Positions 9,217-18,633 of a stretch of 64,000 bases of DNA are shown piece by piece. The stretch lies in the NCBI GenBank assembly GCA_964291625.2, contig OZ220089.1, forward strand, positions 2,368,001-2,432,000. Reading direction: 5' to 3'. The notes below the pieces were generated by a model, which saw only the letters and a list, made by a program, of their open reading frames with translations, had not been told where the DNA came from and made no database searches. The position numbers were made by a program, and so were the translations under genes. Within the stretch, counting starts at the first letter, position 1, and each line of letters opens with the position of its first letter. Origin of the DNA: Candidatus Latescibacterota bacterium (GTDB taxonomy: Bacteria > Latescibacterota > UBA2968 > UBA8231).

Positions 9217-10263
9217 TCAGCGGCCAGCCCTCTCGAAGGGGGACGGCTCCGGCAGCGTATCCAGGAGCACCTCCACCGGGGGCGTGAGCCACTCCGCCCG
9301 CGCGGCGGGGAGCACCGCCGTCAACCGGGCCCGGCCGTTGCGCACGTAGCGCTCCCCCGCGGCGGCGGCTCCCCCGACCTCCAGCACGTCGCGCACCCCC
9401 TCCTCGTCGGTCAGCTCCACCCTCGCGGCGCCGAAGCCGTATCCGGCGGAGGCCGCCGGGTCGACGAGGCGCTCCACCCGCACCTGCCGCAGGTAGGTGA
9501 GGTACTCCCAGACGCTGGCGTCGACGCAGTCCTCCTCCACCCCCGGCTCCCGCTCCAGCAGCCAGCGGTAACGCTCGCGCTCGCCCGCGGGCAGGGGCAG
9601 GGCCGGTGCATCTTCCGGCAGGGGGGCCAGCACCCGCCGCAGCCGGTAGGCCCCCTCCGGCGGCGCCGTCACCCGCACCTCGACCACGGGACCGCCGCGC
9701 TCGTCGCGGGGCAGCAGGTGGGGGTCGAGCATGGGGGGGCGGGCGGCGCCCACGGTGAGCAGGGGGTTGGCGTGCAGATGGAGGACGCTGTCCGAGCCGG
9801 CCCTGCGGACGTAGCTCTCGTCGCCGGACGGCCCCGGGACCCCCCTTCCGATCCAGATCTCCCCGAGGGACTCCCCGGCGTTGCCGGCCAGGGTCAGGCG
9901 CACGGCGCTCTGCTCGGAGAGCCCGAGGTCGTCGAAGTCGTCCTCGTCGGTGGTGACCAGCGTGCCGGCGGCGCCGAGCACCCCGTGGAGGAGCCGGTCC
10001 ACGCGCCCGGAGTGGGCGTAGGCGCCGAAGTAGGCGGGGAAGCGCCAGGTGCCGCCGCGGCGCTCGTAGACCCAGGGGGACGACCCCGGGACCTGCAGGG
10101 AGAGGGTGCGGACCCGGTCGGGCTCGACCTGCCCGGAGGCCGGCAGGATCGTCCGCAGGACCGCCGCCTCGGCGCGGCCGCTGTCCCGGGCCCGGCGCAG
10201 CCAGCCGTCCGCAGCGGCCAAGGCGGCCAGGACCGCGGCCAGCAGCAGCAGGTGGCGGATCAC
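9217..10263 (-). CDS. DUF4340-like membrane-anchored protein of the GldAFG-type operon
   Basis: GTG start at 10263 followed by a TM helix; DLGLSE...IWIGRG...SYVRRAG pattern; last gene of a GldA/F/G-like operon. Confidence 0.7.
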   Translation of the reverse strand: MIRHLLLLAAVLAALAAADGWLRRARDSGRAEAAVLRTILPASGQVEPDRVRTLSLQVPGSSPWVYERRGGTWRFPAYFGAYAHSGRVDRLLHGVLGAAGTLVTTDEDDFDDLGLSEQSAVRLTLAGNAGESLGEIWIGRGVPGPSGDESYVRRAGSDSVLHLHANPLLTVGAARPPMLDPHLLPRDERGGPVVEVRVTAPPEGAYRLRRVLAPLPEDAPALPLPAGERERYRWLLEREPGVEEDCVDASVWEYLTYLRQVRVERLVDPAASAGYGFGAARVELTDEEGVRDVLEVGGAAAAGERYVRNGRARLTAVLPAARAEWLTPPVEVLLDTLPEPSPFERAGR

Positions 10264-10762
10264 GGGCGCGGCCTCCCGGCCGCCGCGCCAGGGCCAGACC
10301 GCCAGGGCGAGGGGAGCGCCGGTCGAGGCCGCGGCCTCCGGACGGACGGACGCCGCCGCCAGAGCCCCGCCAGCGCGGGCAGAGCGCCGTTGAGCACGGC
10401 CGCCGCCCCCGGGGCGAGAGGGCGCCACCACCCCCTGAGCCCACCAGCGCGAGAGAGGCGCCGTTGAGCACGGCCACGCCCGCTGGACGCCCGCCACCTC
10501 CAGAGTCCCGCCAGCGCGAGCGAAGCGCCGTCGAGCACGCCACCGCCCCCGGCCGAGAGGGCGCCACCACCCCCAGAGCTCCACCTGCGCGAGCGAGGCG
10601 CCGTTGAGCACGGCCGCGCCCGCTGGAAGGGACGCCCGCCACCCCCCGGAACCCCCGGCGCGAGCGGAGCGCCGTCGATCATGGCCGCCGCCCCCGGTGC
10701 AAGGACCGCCGCCAGCGCCAGAGCCCCACCAGCGCGAGGGCCAGCGGAGCCCCGCCGATCAC
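10263..10762. repeat. Degenerate tandem array of about 65-80-bp units copying the last ~26 codons of the gldG-like gene
   Basis: Unit boundaries GAGCAC/GATCAY at 10392, 10466, 10533, 10606, 10677 and 10757, plus a degenerate one near 10325; shared core GCGCCGTYGAGCACG. Confidence 0.85.
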
Positions 10763-13700
10763 CGCCAGACGCCAGACGGCGCGGTCGCCCCCACCCTGCA
10801 CCGGGAAGCCCCTGGCCGGCGCGCGGGCGCGCCCCTGCAACTCCGCCATCCGCGGTCCGAGAGCGGCCATGGCGGCAGCGTTCAGCAGCAGTTGGTCGTG
10901 GGCGAAGCCGGCGCTGAAGAGGCGGTGGCTCTTGAACATCTCCGAGGAGCCGAGGAGCAGCATCCAGCCGTCCCGGGCCCCGTCGACGGGAACCACCTGC
11001 AGGCGGGTGCCGCCACCCTCGGTCTCCACCGCCTCCACCGCGGGAAAGCGGCCCTCCAGGGTCAGGGCGAGGCTCTGCCGGCCGGGCAGGTAGCCGCCGG
11101 TCTCGCGGAGATCCTCCTCCTTCAGGAAGCCGCCGTTCCAGTCGTAGGACCAGGCGCGGTCCGTGGTCGTGGCCAGGACCTGCGCCCGCAGGCCGGCCTC
11201 GCCCAGGGCGCTGGGGTCCAGGCGGAAACGGTTCCCCCAGATGAACAGCAGGTCGCCGAGCCGGCCCGTCACCGGCGAGGAGCTGGAGTGGTTGGCCCCG
11301 AGGGCGCGGATCAGAAAGGGCAGGGCCACGCGCTGCGGATCGTACTCGCGCACGGCGGTGCGGTTCACCTGCGTGGCCAGCTCCAGGTGGTGGCGGCTGC
11401 GGTCCATCAGCACCTCGCGCACCTGCTCGACGCCGAAGAGCTCCAGGTAGCGGTCGAAGTCCTGGAACTGTGGCTGCGGCCAGTGCACGGTGCCGAAGCC
11501 GGTGCCGCGGTACTGGCGCTGCTGGATGTTGAAGTGCTGCATGGCCACCACGGCGCGCCCGCCCCCGGCCAGGTGCCGGCTCAGCCAGGTCAGGACCGGC
11601 GTCGAGTCCCGCCGCGGCTGGAACCAGATCACGGCTCCCGGCCGCTCCGGGAAGACCGGCTCCCGCAGCGGCACGTGCCGCACCTCGTACCCGTACTGCC
11701 GCAGCAACTCCTTGGCGCGGGCGTAGACGTCCACCCCCTGGGGCGCGCTCAGGCCCTTCTTCTGGTAGTCCTCGTGGGCCTCGGCCGGCGACAGGCGCGG
11801 CAGGTCCGAGACCACCGTGACCACGGGGGCGCGGCCCTCGTCGAGCCGCTTCAGGGCCGCGGCGAGGAGGAAGTCCAGGTGGGTGCCGGTGTGCCGGTCG
11901 AGGCGGGGGATCGTCGTCGAACGGCTGTCCTGGCGCAGCACGAGCCCGCTGTGGATCTCGGTGGTCACGCTCGTGTCCCGCTGTACGCGCTCCACCTCGA
12001 AGGCGGGCACCCCGGCGGCGCGGCCCTCCACGGGATGGCGCACCTCCACCCCGACCCCGGCCCCGGAGAGGATCTCCCGGAGGCGGTCGGTCACGTCGCG
12101 CACCCCCGGGGGCAGCTGCGACCGCAGCGACAGCACCAGTTCGGCCTTCAGCCTCCCCACCCGGCTGCGCAGGTCCGAGACCACCGAGTCGTCCGGGGTG
12201 TGCACACCGGCGGCCGTCAGGTCCCAACTCAGGCCGGACAGGGGTCCGCGCAGCGCCAGGAAGACCACGGCCGCCGCTGCCACCGCCACTCCGGCCGCGA
12301 GGGCCGGCCCGCGAGCCCGGCGATGGCGGGACCCGCCGGGACGGATGGAGCCGCGCAAGCTCCGCACGGCCAGCCCCACCCATAGCAGGGGCACGAGCCC
12401 CGCCACCGCCAGACGCCAGCCCACGCGGGCCCCGCCCGACAACGGCGGCAGACCCGCCGGCAGTCCCCGGTCGACCCGCAGCCGCGCCAGCCGCTCCGGG
12501 TCGGCGAAGGTGCGCGCCAGGTCGCGGACGAAGACGGCGTGGCCGTACCCGGGTTGCTCGAGGATCTCGTCGCGGAAGAGGCTGGCCGAGGCCAGTACCA
12601 GCAGCTGCCCCGCCCACGGGTCTTCCGGGGTGAGCAGGACCATCAGGCTCTGCTTGGGCACCCGCAGGTCTTCGGTCAGGTCCTCCAGGCCGAACTCGCC
12701 CTCCGGCAGCGGGCGCACCCGGGCGTGCTCGGTGGTGGTGGCCGCCACGTGGGCCTGGTACCCGGCCGCCGCCACCCGGCGCGGGTCGACGCGCAGGGGG
12801 CTGGCGGCGGTGAAGCTCAGGCCGCCCCGGGCCGGGGTCCGGAAGGGGCGGAAGTCCCGGAAGGCGGGCAGGTTGCGCAGGTGGAAGGGCGCGTCCACCT
12901 CACGCTGCACCCCGCCAACGGAGACCGTGACCGGGCCCGAGTTGCGGTCCATCAACAGGTCGGCCACCGGCTCCAGGCCGAAGGGCTCCAGGAGCCGTTC
13001 CCAGGCGCTGCCCATCCCCTCGACGCGGAAGCGGACCTCGCCCTCCTCGCCGTCGGAGTAGCCGACGCGATAGGCGCTGCCCGCCAGGACGGCGGTGCGC
13101 CCAGAGGCGAGGAAGCGGCGCAACTCGGCGATGTGCTGCCGCGTCACCCGTCGCGGCTCCAGCCAGAACAGGACGTCCACGTCGCGGGGGATGAAGCCGC
13201 CGCCGTCGACGTCGATCTCGACGACGGGGCCGTGCTGGCTCAGGTAGCGGGGGAACTTCCCGTACCCCGGCGGCGCCGAGAGGGCGAAGGAGGCCTGCGG
13301 CGCCGACTCCCCCGCGGTCAGGCGCGCCGCCACCAGGCGGGCCAGGTACGGCAGGTGGGCGTTCTCGATCCCCTGTATGAGGACGTCCTCCCGCCGCGGC
13401 CTCCCCTCCCGGGAGAAGACCAGGGACGACCAGATCTCCGCCTGGCTCTCGGCGTCGTCGACGACCCGGCGCACGCGGATCGGACTCGCCCGGCGCGAGG
13501 CGGCGTAGCGGGCGCCCGCCGCCCCGGAGAGGCCGGGATCGATGACCCGGTAGCTGAAGCGCCCCCGGGCGGCGTCCTCCATCTCCTCGAGCAGGGCCCG
13601 GGCCGTCTCCTCCACGTCCCTGAGATGCGACGGCATGACGTCGCGCCCGCTGACGAAGAGGGTGGCCGCCAGCTCGCCGTCGAGGCCGCGCAGGAAGCGC

Positions 13701-13852
13701 CGCAACTCGGCGGGCACGGTGGCCGGATGGCGCCCCCCGAGATCGATGCGGACCGCCGACCCGGCGGCGCCCAGCAGCCGGCCGGCGTAGACCGTGACCC
13801 CCAGGAGGAGGACGGCACCGATCAGGGCCTGGAGCAGGAAGGTCCGCTTCAA
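10679..13852 (-). CDS. GldG-family ABC transporter auxiliary protein, internally duplicated (two modules)
   Basis: TTG start; two similar halves (ATTTEHA/ATTTDRA, PFHLRNL/PFLIRAL, LVLASASLF/LLLGSSEMF) separated by TM helices; DLT...HT motif; follows an ABC ATPase and permease. Confidence 0.8.
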   Translation of the reverse strand: MKRTFLLQALIGAVLLLGVTVYAGRLLGAAGSAVRIDLGGRHPATVPAELRRFLRGLDGELAATLFVSGRDVMPSHLRDVEETARALLEEMEDAARGRFSYRVIDPGLSGAAGARYAASRRASPIRVRRVVDDAESQAEIWSSLVFSREGRPRREDVLIQGIENAHLPYLARLVAARLTAGESAPQASFALSAPPGYGKFPRYLSQHGPVVEIDVDGGGFIPRDVDVLFWLEPRRVTRQHIAELRRFLASGRTAVLAGSAYRVGYSDGEEGEVRFRVEGMGSAWERLLEPFGLEPVADLLMDRNSGPVTVSVGGVQREVDAPFHLRNLPAFRDFRPFRTPARGGLSFTAASPLRVDPRRVAAAGYQAHVAATTTEHARVRPLPEGEFGLEDLTEDLRVPKQSLMVLLTPEDPWAGQLLVLASASLFRDEILEQPGYGHAVFVRDLARTFADPERLARLRVDRGLPAGLPPLSGGARVGWRLAVAGLVPLLWVGLAVRSLRGSIRPGGSRHRRARGPALAAGVAVAAAAVVFLALRGPLSGLSWDLTAAGVHTPDDSVVSDLRSRVGRLKAELVLSLRSQLPPGVRDVTDRLREILSGAGVGVEVRHPVEGRAAGVPAFEVERVQRDTSVTTEIHSGLVLRQDSRSTTIPRLDRHTGTHLDFLLAAALKRLDEGRAPVVTVVSDLPRLSPAEAHEDYQKKGLSAPQGVDVYARAKELLRQYGYEVRHVPLREPVFPERPGAVIWFQPRRDSTPVLTWLSRHLAGGGRAVVAMQHFNIQQRQYRGTGFGTVHWPQPQFQDFDRYLELFGVEQVREVLMDRSRHHLELATQVNRTAVREYDPQRVALPFLIRALGANHSSSSPVTGRLGDLLFIWGNRFRLDPSALGEAGLRAQVLATTTDRAWSYDWNGGFLKEEDLRETGGYLPGRQSLALTLEGRFPAVEAVETEGGGTRLQVVPVDGARDGWMLLLGSSEMFKSHRLFSAGFAHDQLLLNAAAMAALGPRMAELQGRARAPARGFPVQGGGDRAVWRLAVIGGAPLALALVGLWRWRRSLHRGRRP

Positions 13853-13862
13853 CGCGACTCTC

Positions 13863-14645
13863 TCAGTACTTGAGGCGCTGCAGGCCGATCCGCGTCATCC
13901 ACAGGAAGAAGGCGCACAGGAGGGCGAAGTAGAGGAGGTGGTCGAGGCCGACCAGACCGCCGGTGAAGGCCTGGTAGTGGGGCAGGCAGGAGACGGACTC
14001 GGCCAGCCAGGTCCCCGGCTGCCAGGCCGGGGCCAGGCCGTCGAGGATCTCCACCACCCGGGGATGGCCGCTGAAGACGAGGAGGAAGGCGACCATGGCG
14101 GCCAGCACGAAGGCGACGATCTGGTTGTGGGTCAGGCTGGAGAGGAACTGGCCCGAGGCGAGGAAGAGGGCGCCGAGGAGCAGGGCCCCCAGGTAGCCGG
14201 ACAGGATCAGGCCCAGGTCGGGCTCTCCCAGCCACGCCAGCATGGCCACGATCGGCAGCGACCCGGCGATGACGACGACGAAGTAGAGGAGGGCCGCCGC
14301 GTACTTGCCGGCCACCACCTGCAGGGGCTCCAGGGGCAGGGTCAGCAGCAGCTCCACCGTCCCCTGGGCGTGCTCCTCCGACCAGGAGCGCATGGTGATG
14401 GCGGGCACGAAGGGGATCAGCAGGAAGGGCAGGACCTCGAACCAGGGGGACATGTCGACGACGCCCTCGAGAAAGAAGGCGTTCATGAAGGTGGTCCCCG
14501 AGAGCACGAGGAAGACGCCCGCATAGATGTAGGCGATGGGAGAATCGAAGATGGCGCGCAGCTCGCGGCCGGCCACCAGACCCGCGCCGGCGCCAAACTC
14601 GCGGAGGGCGCCGAGCCGCCCGCCGGTCTTAGCGTCCGATGCCAT
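13863..14645 (-). CDS. ABC-2 type permease (GldF-like)
   Basis: RELRAIFDSPIAY, PAITMRSWSEE..GTVELLLTLP and SSLTHNQIVAF motifs. Confidence 0.9.
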   Translation of the reverse strand: MASDAKTGGRLGALREFGAGAGLVAGRELRAIFDSPIAYIYAGVFLVLSGTTFMNAFFLEGVVDMSPWFEVLPFLLIPFVPAITMRSWSEEHAQGTVELLLTLPLEPLQVVAGKYAAALLYFVVVIAGSLPIVAMLAWLGEPDLGLILSGYLGALLLGALFLASGQFLSSLTHNQIVAFVLAAMVAFLLVFSGHPRVVEILDGLAPAWQPGTWLAESVSCLPHYQAFTGGLVGLDHLLYFALLCAFFLWMTRIGLQRLKY

Positions 14646-15387
14646 GATCGTCGCCGGAGGTGGAGACGAGGTGGGCGAAGAGGGTCTCCAGGTCCGCCCC
14701 GGGAATGCCGGCGGCCTCGGCCTGCGCCGCCAGGGGGCCGTCGCCGAGAAGGCGGCCCTGGTGGATGATGAGGACGCGGTCGCTCACGGCCTCCACGTCG
14801 GGGATGATGTGGGTGGAGAACAGGATGGCCCGGTCCTCCTTGAGGCCGGCAAGCTGTTGGCGGAAGGCGATCACCTGCAGCGGGTCGAAGCCGTGGGTCG
14901 GCTCGTCGAGGAGCAGCACCGGCGGGTCGTGGACCAGGGCGATGGACAGGCCCACGCGCTGGCGGAACCCGGTCGAGCACTGGCGCACCCTCAGGCTCCG
15001 GACCGGCTCGATGCCGCAGAGGTCGACGGTGCGCTCCACCGCCTCCTCGAGGCGGTCCCCGCGCAGGCCGTGGGCGCGCGCCGCGAAGCGCAGCAGGTCC
15101 TCGACCACCATGTCGCCGTAGAGGGGCGTGTCCCCCGGCAGGTAGCCGATGCGCCGGCGCACCTCCAGGGGGTCCTCGGCCGCGTCGTACCCGTCGACGG
15201 AGATGCTGCCCGAGGTGGGGAGCAGGTAGGTGGCCAGCATCTTCAGCATCGTCGACTTGCCGGCGCCGTTGGGCCCCACGAAGCCGACGACCTCCCCCCG
15301 CTCGACGCGGAAGGAGACGCCGTCCACGGCGGTGATGGCGCCGGCACCCGACCCGAAGACGCGGGTGACCGCTTCCACCGCGATCAC
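14629..15387 (-). CDS. ABC transporter ATP-binding protein (GldA-like)
   Basis: GTG start 15387 overlapping the upstream stop; GPNGAGKST, CSTGFRQRV, LLLDEPT and STH motifs. Confidence 0.92.
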   Translation of the reverse strand: MIAVEAVTRVFGSGAGAITAVDGVSFRVERGEVVGFVGPNGAGKSTMLKMLATYLLPTSGSISVDGYDAAEDPLEVRRRIGYLPGDTPLYGDMVVEDLLRFAARAHGLRGDRLEEAVERTVDLCGIEPVRSLRVRQCSTGFRQRVGLSIALVHDPPVLLLDEPTHGFDPLQVIAFRQQLAGLKEDRAILFSTHIIPDVEAVSDRVLIIHQGRLLGDGPLAAQAEAAGIPGADLETLFAHLVSTSGDDHGIGR

Positions 15388-17141
15388 GCCGGGACCTCCT
15401 CCGGGTGGCGCACCCGCAAGGTGCGCAGCCGGTTGAGGGCGGCGGCCAGCTCGAAGCGGCGGAAGCCGGCCAGGTCCCCCGAGGGCCGGGAGGAGAGGGC
15501 GTCGAGCCCCCCGGCGTCCACGTCGGCCATGAGCCGGTCGAGGATCTCGGCGAGGCTGCGCCGGCCATCGATGTAGCGTTCCCGCGCCCGAAGGATCGCC
15601 TCGGCGATGGCCCGCGTCTGGCCGGCGTCGACCAGCTGCCCCACGGCGGACAGGTCGATGCTCTCCTCCCCGAAGCGCAGCTCGAAGGGCCCCATCGCCT
15701 TCCAGCTCACCTCCCGGCGCCCGCGCCTCGGGTCGATGCTTTCGGGCAGGGGCACGCGCGAGGCGGCCCCCGCCACGGGTCCGTCGGTCTCGCGGGTGCG
15801 GTCCCCCCGGTGGGCGCCGGCGATGGCGTGGGCCCGGCCGGTCACGTCGACGGGTTCGTAGCGCTCCATGGCGATCACCGTGTCGGCCTCGCCGAAGTAG
15901 TCGCCGCTGCCGCCCATGACCAGGATCGTGGAGACGCCGGCCTCCTCGTGGAGCTGGCGCACCCGGTCGATGAAAGGCCGCACCGGCTCCTGCTCCCGGG
16001 CCACGAGCTGCTGCATGCGTCCGTCGCGGATCATGAAGTTGGTCGCCGCCGTGTCCTCGTCGATCAGCAGGCACCGGGTGCCGGCTTCCAGGGCCTCGAC
16101 GATCGCCGCCGCCTGCGACGTCGATCCCGAGGCGTGGCCGGTGCAGAAGAAGGCGTTGTCGTGGTTGAAGGGAAGGTCGCCGATGAAGGGGCTCAGGTCG
16201 ACGCCGGCGGTGCTGCGGCCGTCCTCGGCGCGCACGGCCACCGCCGTCGGGTCGGTGACCACCCGCTCGCGCCCGTCCCCGGGCCGGTGGTCGTAGACGC
16301 CGCGGGCCAGGGCCGACAGCAGCGTCGACTTGCCGTGGAACCCGCCCCCCACGATCAGGGTCACGCCCTCCGGCACGGCCATGCCCGTCACCGGACCCGC
16401 GTTCGGCGTCTCCAGCTCCACCCGCAGCGACGGGGGGGAGCTGAAGGGGACGGCGCCGCTCAGCGGGCGGTCGTCGACCCCGGACCGGCGGGGCAGCACC
16501 GCCCCGTCGGCGACGAAGGCGGCCCAGCCGCCCCCGGCCAGGGCCTGGCGCAGGGCGGCGGCGTCCTCGGCGGTGCGGGTCCACGCGTCGATCTCGTCCC
16601 CGTCGCAGCTCTCGCAGCGCAGGGCGGCGGCGACGATCCCGGGCAGGCGGCGGCACAGCAGGTCGGCGGCGGCCCGTCCCAACACCCGGCGGCCGGCCGC
16701 GGGCAACCCGACGACGAAGCGGGCCTCCACCCGGCCCTCGTCGTCGACGAGGACGCAGGTCCGCTCCAGCACCTGCTGTCCCGGGCGGTCGATGGCGATC
16801 AGGCCGGAGGTGGCCCGATCCGGCGCCCCGGCGCCCGAATCACCGGCCTCGTCGGAGAACCGTAGCGCCAGGTAGTTGCACAGGGCGCGCCGCCTCGGTC
16901 CGGGTGCGAAGGTGTGGCCGGGGAAACCGGCCACGTCTGGATCGATCTGGACGCGCATCCGGCTCGGGGCCGCGAAGGGATCGGCCTGCACGTGATCGAC
17001 GAGCAAGCGGAAGGGGGTCCCCGCCCGGTCGAGGGTCCAGGCGCCGCGCAGGTCGCGGTAGGCCCGGTAGCCGGAACCGTCGATCCGCTCCAGCAGGGCC
17101 CCCAGCCGTCCGGCGTCACGCGTATCACAACTCTCAGACAC
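15384..17141 (-). CDS. Predicted ABC-class ATPase (ABC_ATPase / COG3044-like family)
   Basis: DHVQADPFAAPS, GGGFHGKSTLL, RAEDGR, ASGSTSQAA and LIDEDTAATNFMIRD are hallmark motifs. Confidence 0.88.
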   Translation of the reverse strand: MSESCDTRDAGRLGALLERIDGSGYRAYRDLRGAWTLDRAGTPFRLLVDHVQADPFAAPSRMRVQIDPDVAGFPGHTFAPGPRRRALCNYLALRFSDEAGDSGAGAPDRATSGLIAIDRPGQQVLERTCVLVDDEGRVEARFVVGLPAAGRRVLGRAAADLLCRRLPGIVAAALRCESCDGDEIDAWTRTAEDAAALRQALAGGGWAAFVADGAVLPRRSGVDDRPLSGAVPFSSPPSLRVELETPNAGPVTGMAVPEGVTLIVGGGFHGKSTLLSALARGVYDHRPGDGRERVVTDPTAVAVRAEDGRSTAGVDLSPFIGDLPFNHDNAFFCTGHASGSTSQAAAIVEALEAGTRCLLIDEDTAATNFMIRDGRMQQLVAREQEPVRPFIDRVRQLHEEAGVSTILVMGGSGDYFGEADTVIAMERYEPVDVTGRAHAIAGAHRGDRTRETDGPVAGAASRVPLPESIDPRRGRREVSWKAMGPFELRFGEESIDLSAVGQLVDAGQTRAIAEAILRARERYIDGRRSLAEILDRLMADVDAGGLDALSSRPSGDLAGFRRFELAAALNRLRTLRVRHPEEVPA

Positions 17142-17156
17142 GGCTATATTCTACCC

Positions 17157-17816
17157 ATGGCCAGCGACGAAGGCAGGGACGGCGACAAGCTCAGCGGACT
17201 GCAGTGGCTGTCGCGGGAGCGCCCCGAGGCGATGGGACACCTCCTCGCCTTCTTCCGCGAGTCGGGGCGCCACCTCGACCCCAAGACCCGCTTCCTGATC
17301 TCCATCGTCACCAAGGTCGTGCGCCTGTCGCCGCGCGGCCTGCGCCAGTACATCCCGCGCGCCATTCGCGAGGGGGCCACCCGCGACGAGGTCCTCGACG
17401 CCATCCTCTGCGCCTACCCCGCGGCGGGGCTGACCAACGTGATCGAGGCGGTGCAGGTGCTGCGCTCCCTCGACCTGCCGGCCCCCGCGGAGGACGCCGA
17501 GCCGGAGGGAGACCCCGAGTGGACCACGGTGGCCCGGGCCGGCGACCTGCCTCCGGGGCGCGCCGCCGTGGTCGAGGCCCGGGGCCGCTCCCTGGCCCTG
17601 TTCAACGTGGACGGCACCTTCCACGCCACCTCCAACACCTGCCTCCACGAGGGGAGCGAGCTGGGCTGCGGCTCCCTGGACGGCAGCGTCGTCACCTGCT
17701 ACCGCCACGGCTGGACCTTCGACGTCACCACCGGCGCCTGCCTCACCCGACCCGGGCGCAGCGTGGCCAGCTACCCGGTGCGCGTCGAGGACGGCGAGGT
17801 GCGGGTCCTGGCCTGA
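17157..17816 (+). CDS. CMD/AhpD-like domain fused to a Rieske [2Fe-2S] ferredoxin
   Basis: N-terminal LDPKTRFLISI...AIREGATRDEV (CMD fold); C-terminal CLHEG...CYRHGWTFD Rieske ligands. Confidence 0.8.
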   Translation: MASDEGRDGDKLSGLQWLSRERPEAMGHLLAFFRESGRHLDPKTRFLISIVTKVVRLSPRGLRQYIPRAIREGATRDEVLDAILCAYPAAGLTNVIEAVQVLRSLDLPAPAEDAEPEGDPEWTTVARAGDLPPGRAAVVEARGRSLALFNVDGTFHATSNTCLHEGSELGCGSLDGSVVTCYRHGWTFDVTTGACLTRPGRSVASYPVRVEDGEVRVLA

Positions 17817-17861
17817 GGGTCCCCGGCGGAGCACTCGCGCCGGCCCCGCCCTTCGAGTCGC

Positions 17862-18004
17862 CGCGGCACAGCCGGGCTCGATTCGGCCCCCAACACTCCG
17901 GCCGAGCCCGCCCGGACCCACCCGGGATCGATTCGGCCCGGCCTGCAACCCCGCCGCGCCGAGCCCGCCGTCACTCCGCGAAACAACCAGGATCGATCCG
18001 CCCC
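17862..18004. repeat. Two degenerate copies of the 3' end of the NUDIX gene
   Basis: Gene end encodes GRIDPGC (about 17983-18004); downstream segments encode GRIDPGW (about 17919-17941) and GRIEPGC (about 17862-17890). Confidence 0.55.
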
Positions 18005-18633
18005 GTGCGCGCCCAGCCCCGGATGGAGGCGAGGCTGCGCCGGAAGGTGTCGAGGATCTCGTCCGGATAGCCGGTCACCGCCGCCCTCGGCAACTCCTGC
18101 TCGATGACCTCCTCCTCCTCGCCGGCGAAGCGAACCCGGCCCCGCAGGCTCGCCCGCCGCCCGAGGACCAGCTCCGAGAACTCCTCCAGGTCGACCTCGG
18201 CCAGCCCGTCCACCTCGTCGCTGAACCGCAGCCGCTCCAGGTCGAGGGGAACCGGATACAGCAGTAGATGCTGCAGGATGCTGCGGCAGTCGCCCATGGG
18301 CCGCTCCTTGCGGCTCGACCCCAGGTAGAGCAGGTCCGCCGGGGCCGCCGCCAGACCCACCTCCTCCAGCAGCTCCCTCCGCCCGGCGTCCACGGGGGTC
18401 TCGCCGGCGAGGATGTGACCTCCCGCCAGGGCGTCGACCTGGCCGGCGTAGGGGTCCCCCGGGCGCCCGCGGCGTTGCAGGACCATCACCGGCCGCTCCC
18501 CGCGGACGAAGGCGGACCACACGAAGACGAGTCCGTGCAGGTCGTGGTCCCGGTGCACGAGGTGGCGCGGTTTCCGGCCTACGACGCGGCCGTCCTCGGC
18601 GAGCACGTCGAGCAGCTCGGGGGCGGTGCTCAA
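17971..18633 (-). CDS. NUDIX hydrolase (IPP-isomerase-like subfamily)
   Basis: TTG start overlapping the rhomboid stop; ELLDVL...VH...LH and GGHILAGETPVDAGRRELLEEVGL Nudix box. Confidence 0.82.
   Translation of the reverse strand: MSTAPELLDVLAEDGRVVGRKPRHLVHRDHDLHGLVFVWSAFVRGERPVMVLQRRGRPGDPYAGQVDALAGGHILAGETPVDAGRRELLEEVGLAAAPADLLYLGSSRKERPMGDCRSILQHLLLYPVPLDLERLRFSDEVDGLAEVDLEEFSELVLGRRASLRGRVRFAGEEEEVIEQELPRAAVTGYPDEILDTFRRSLASIRGWARTGRIDPGCFAE

Noticed and set aside
10263-10762. Possible CRISPR array (about 70-bp periodicity)
   Set aside because: Repeats are degenerate, the intervening parts resemble each other and the gldG 3' end, and there is no AT-rich leader or cas gene.
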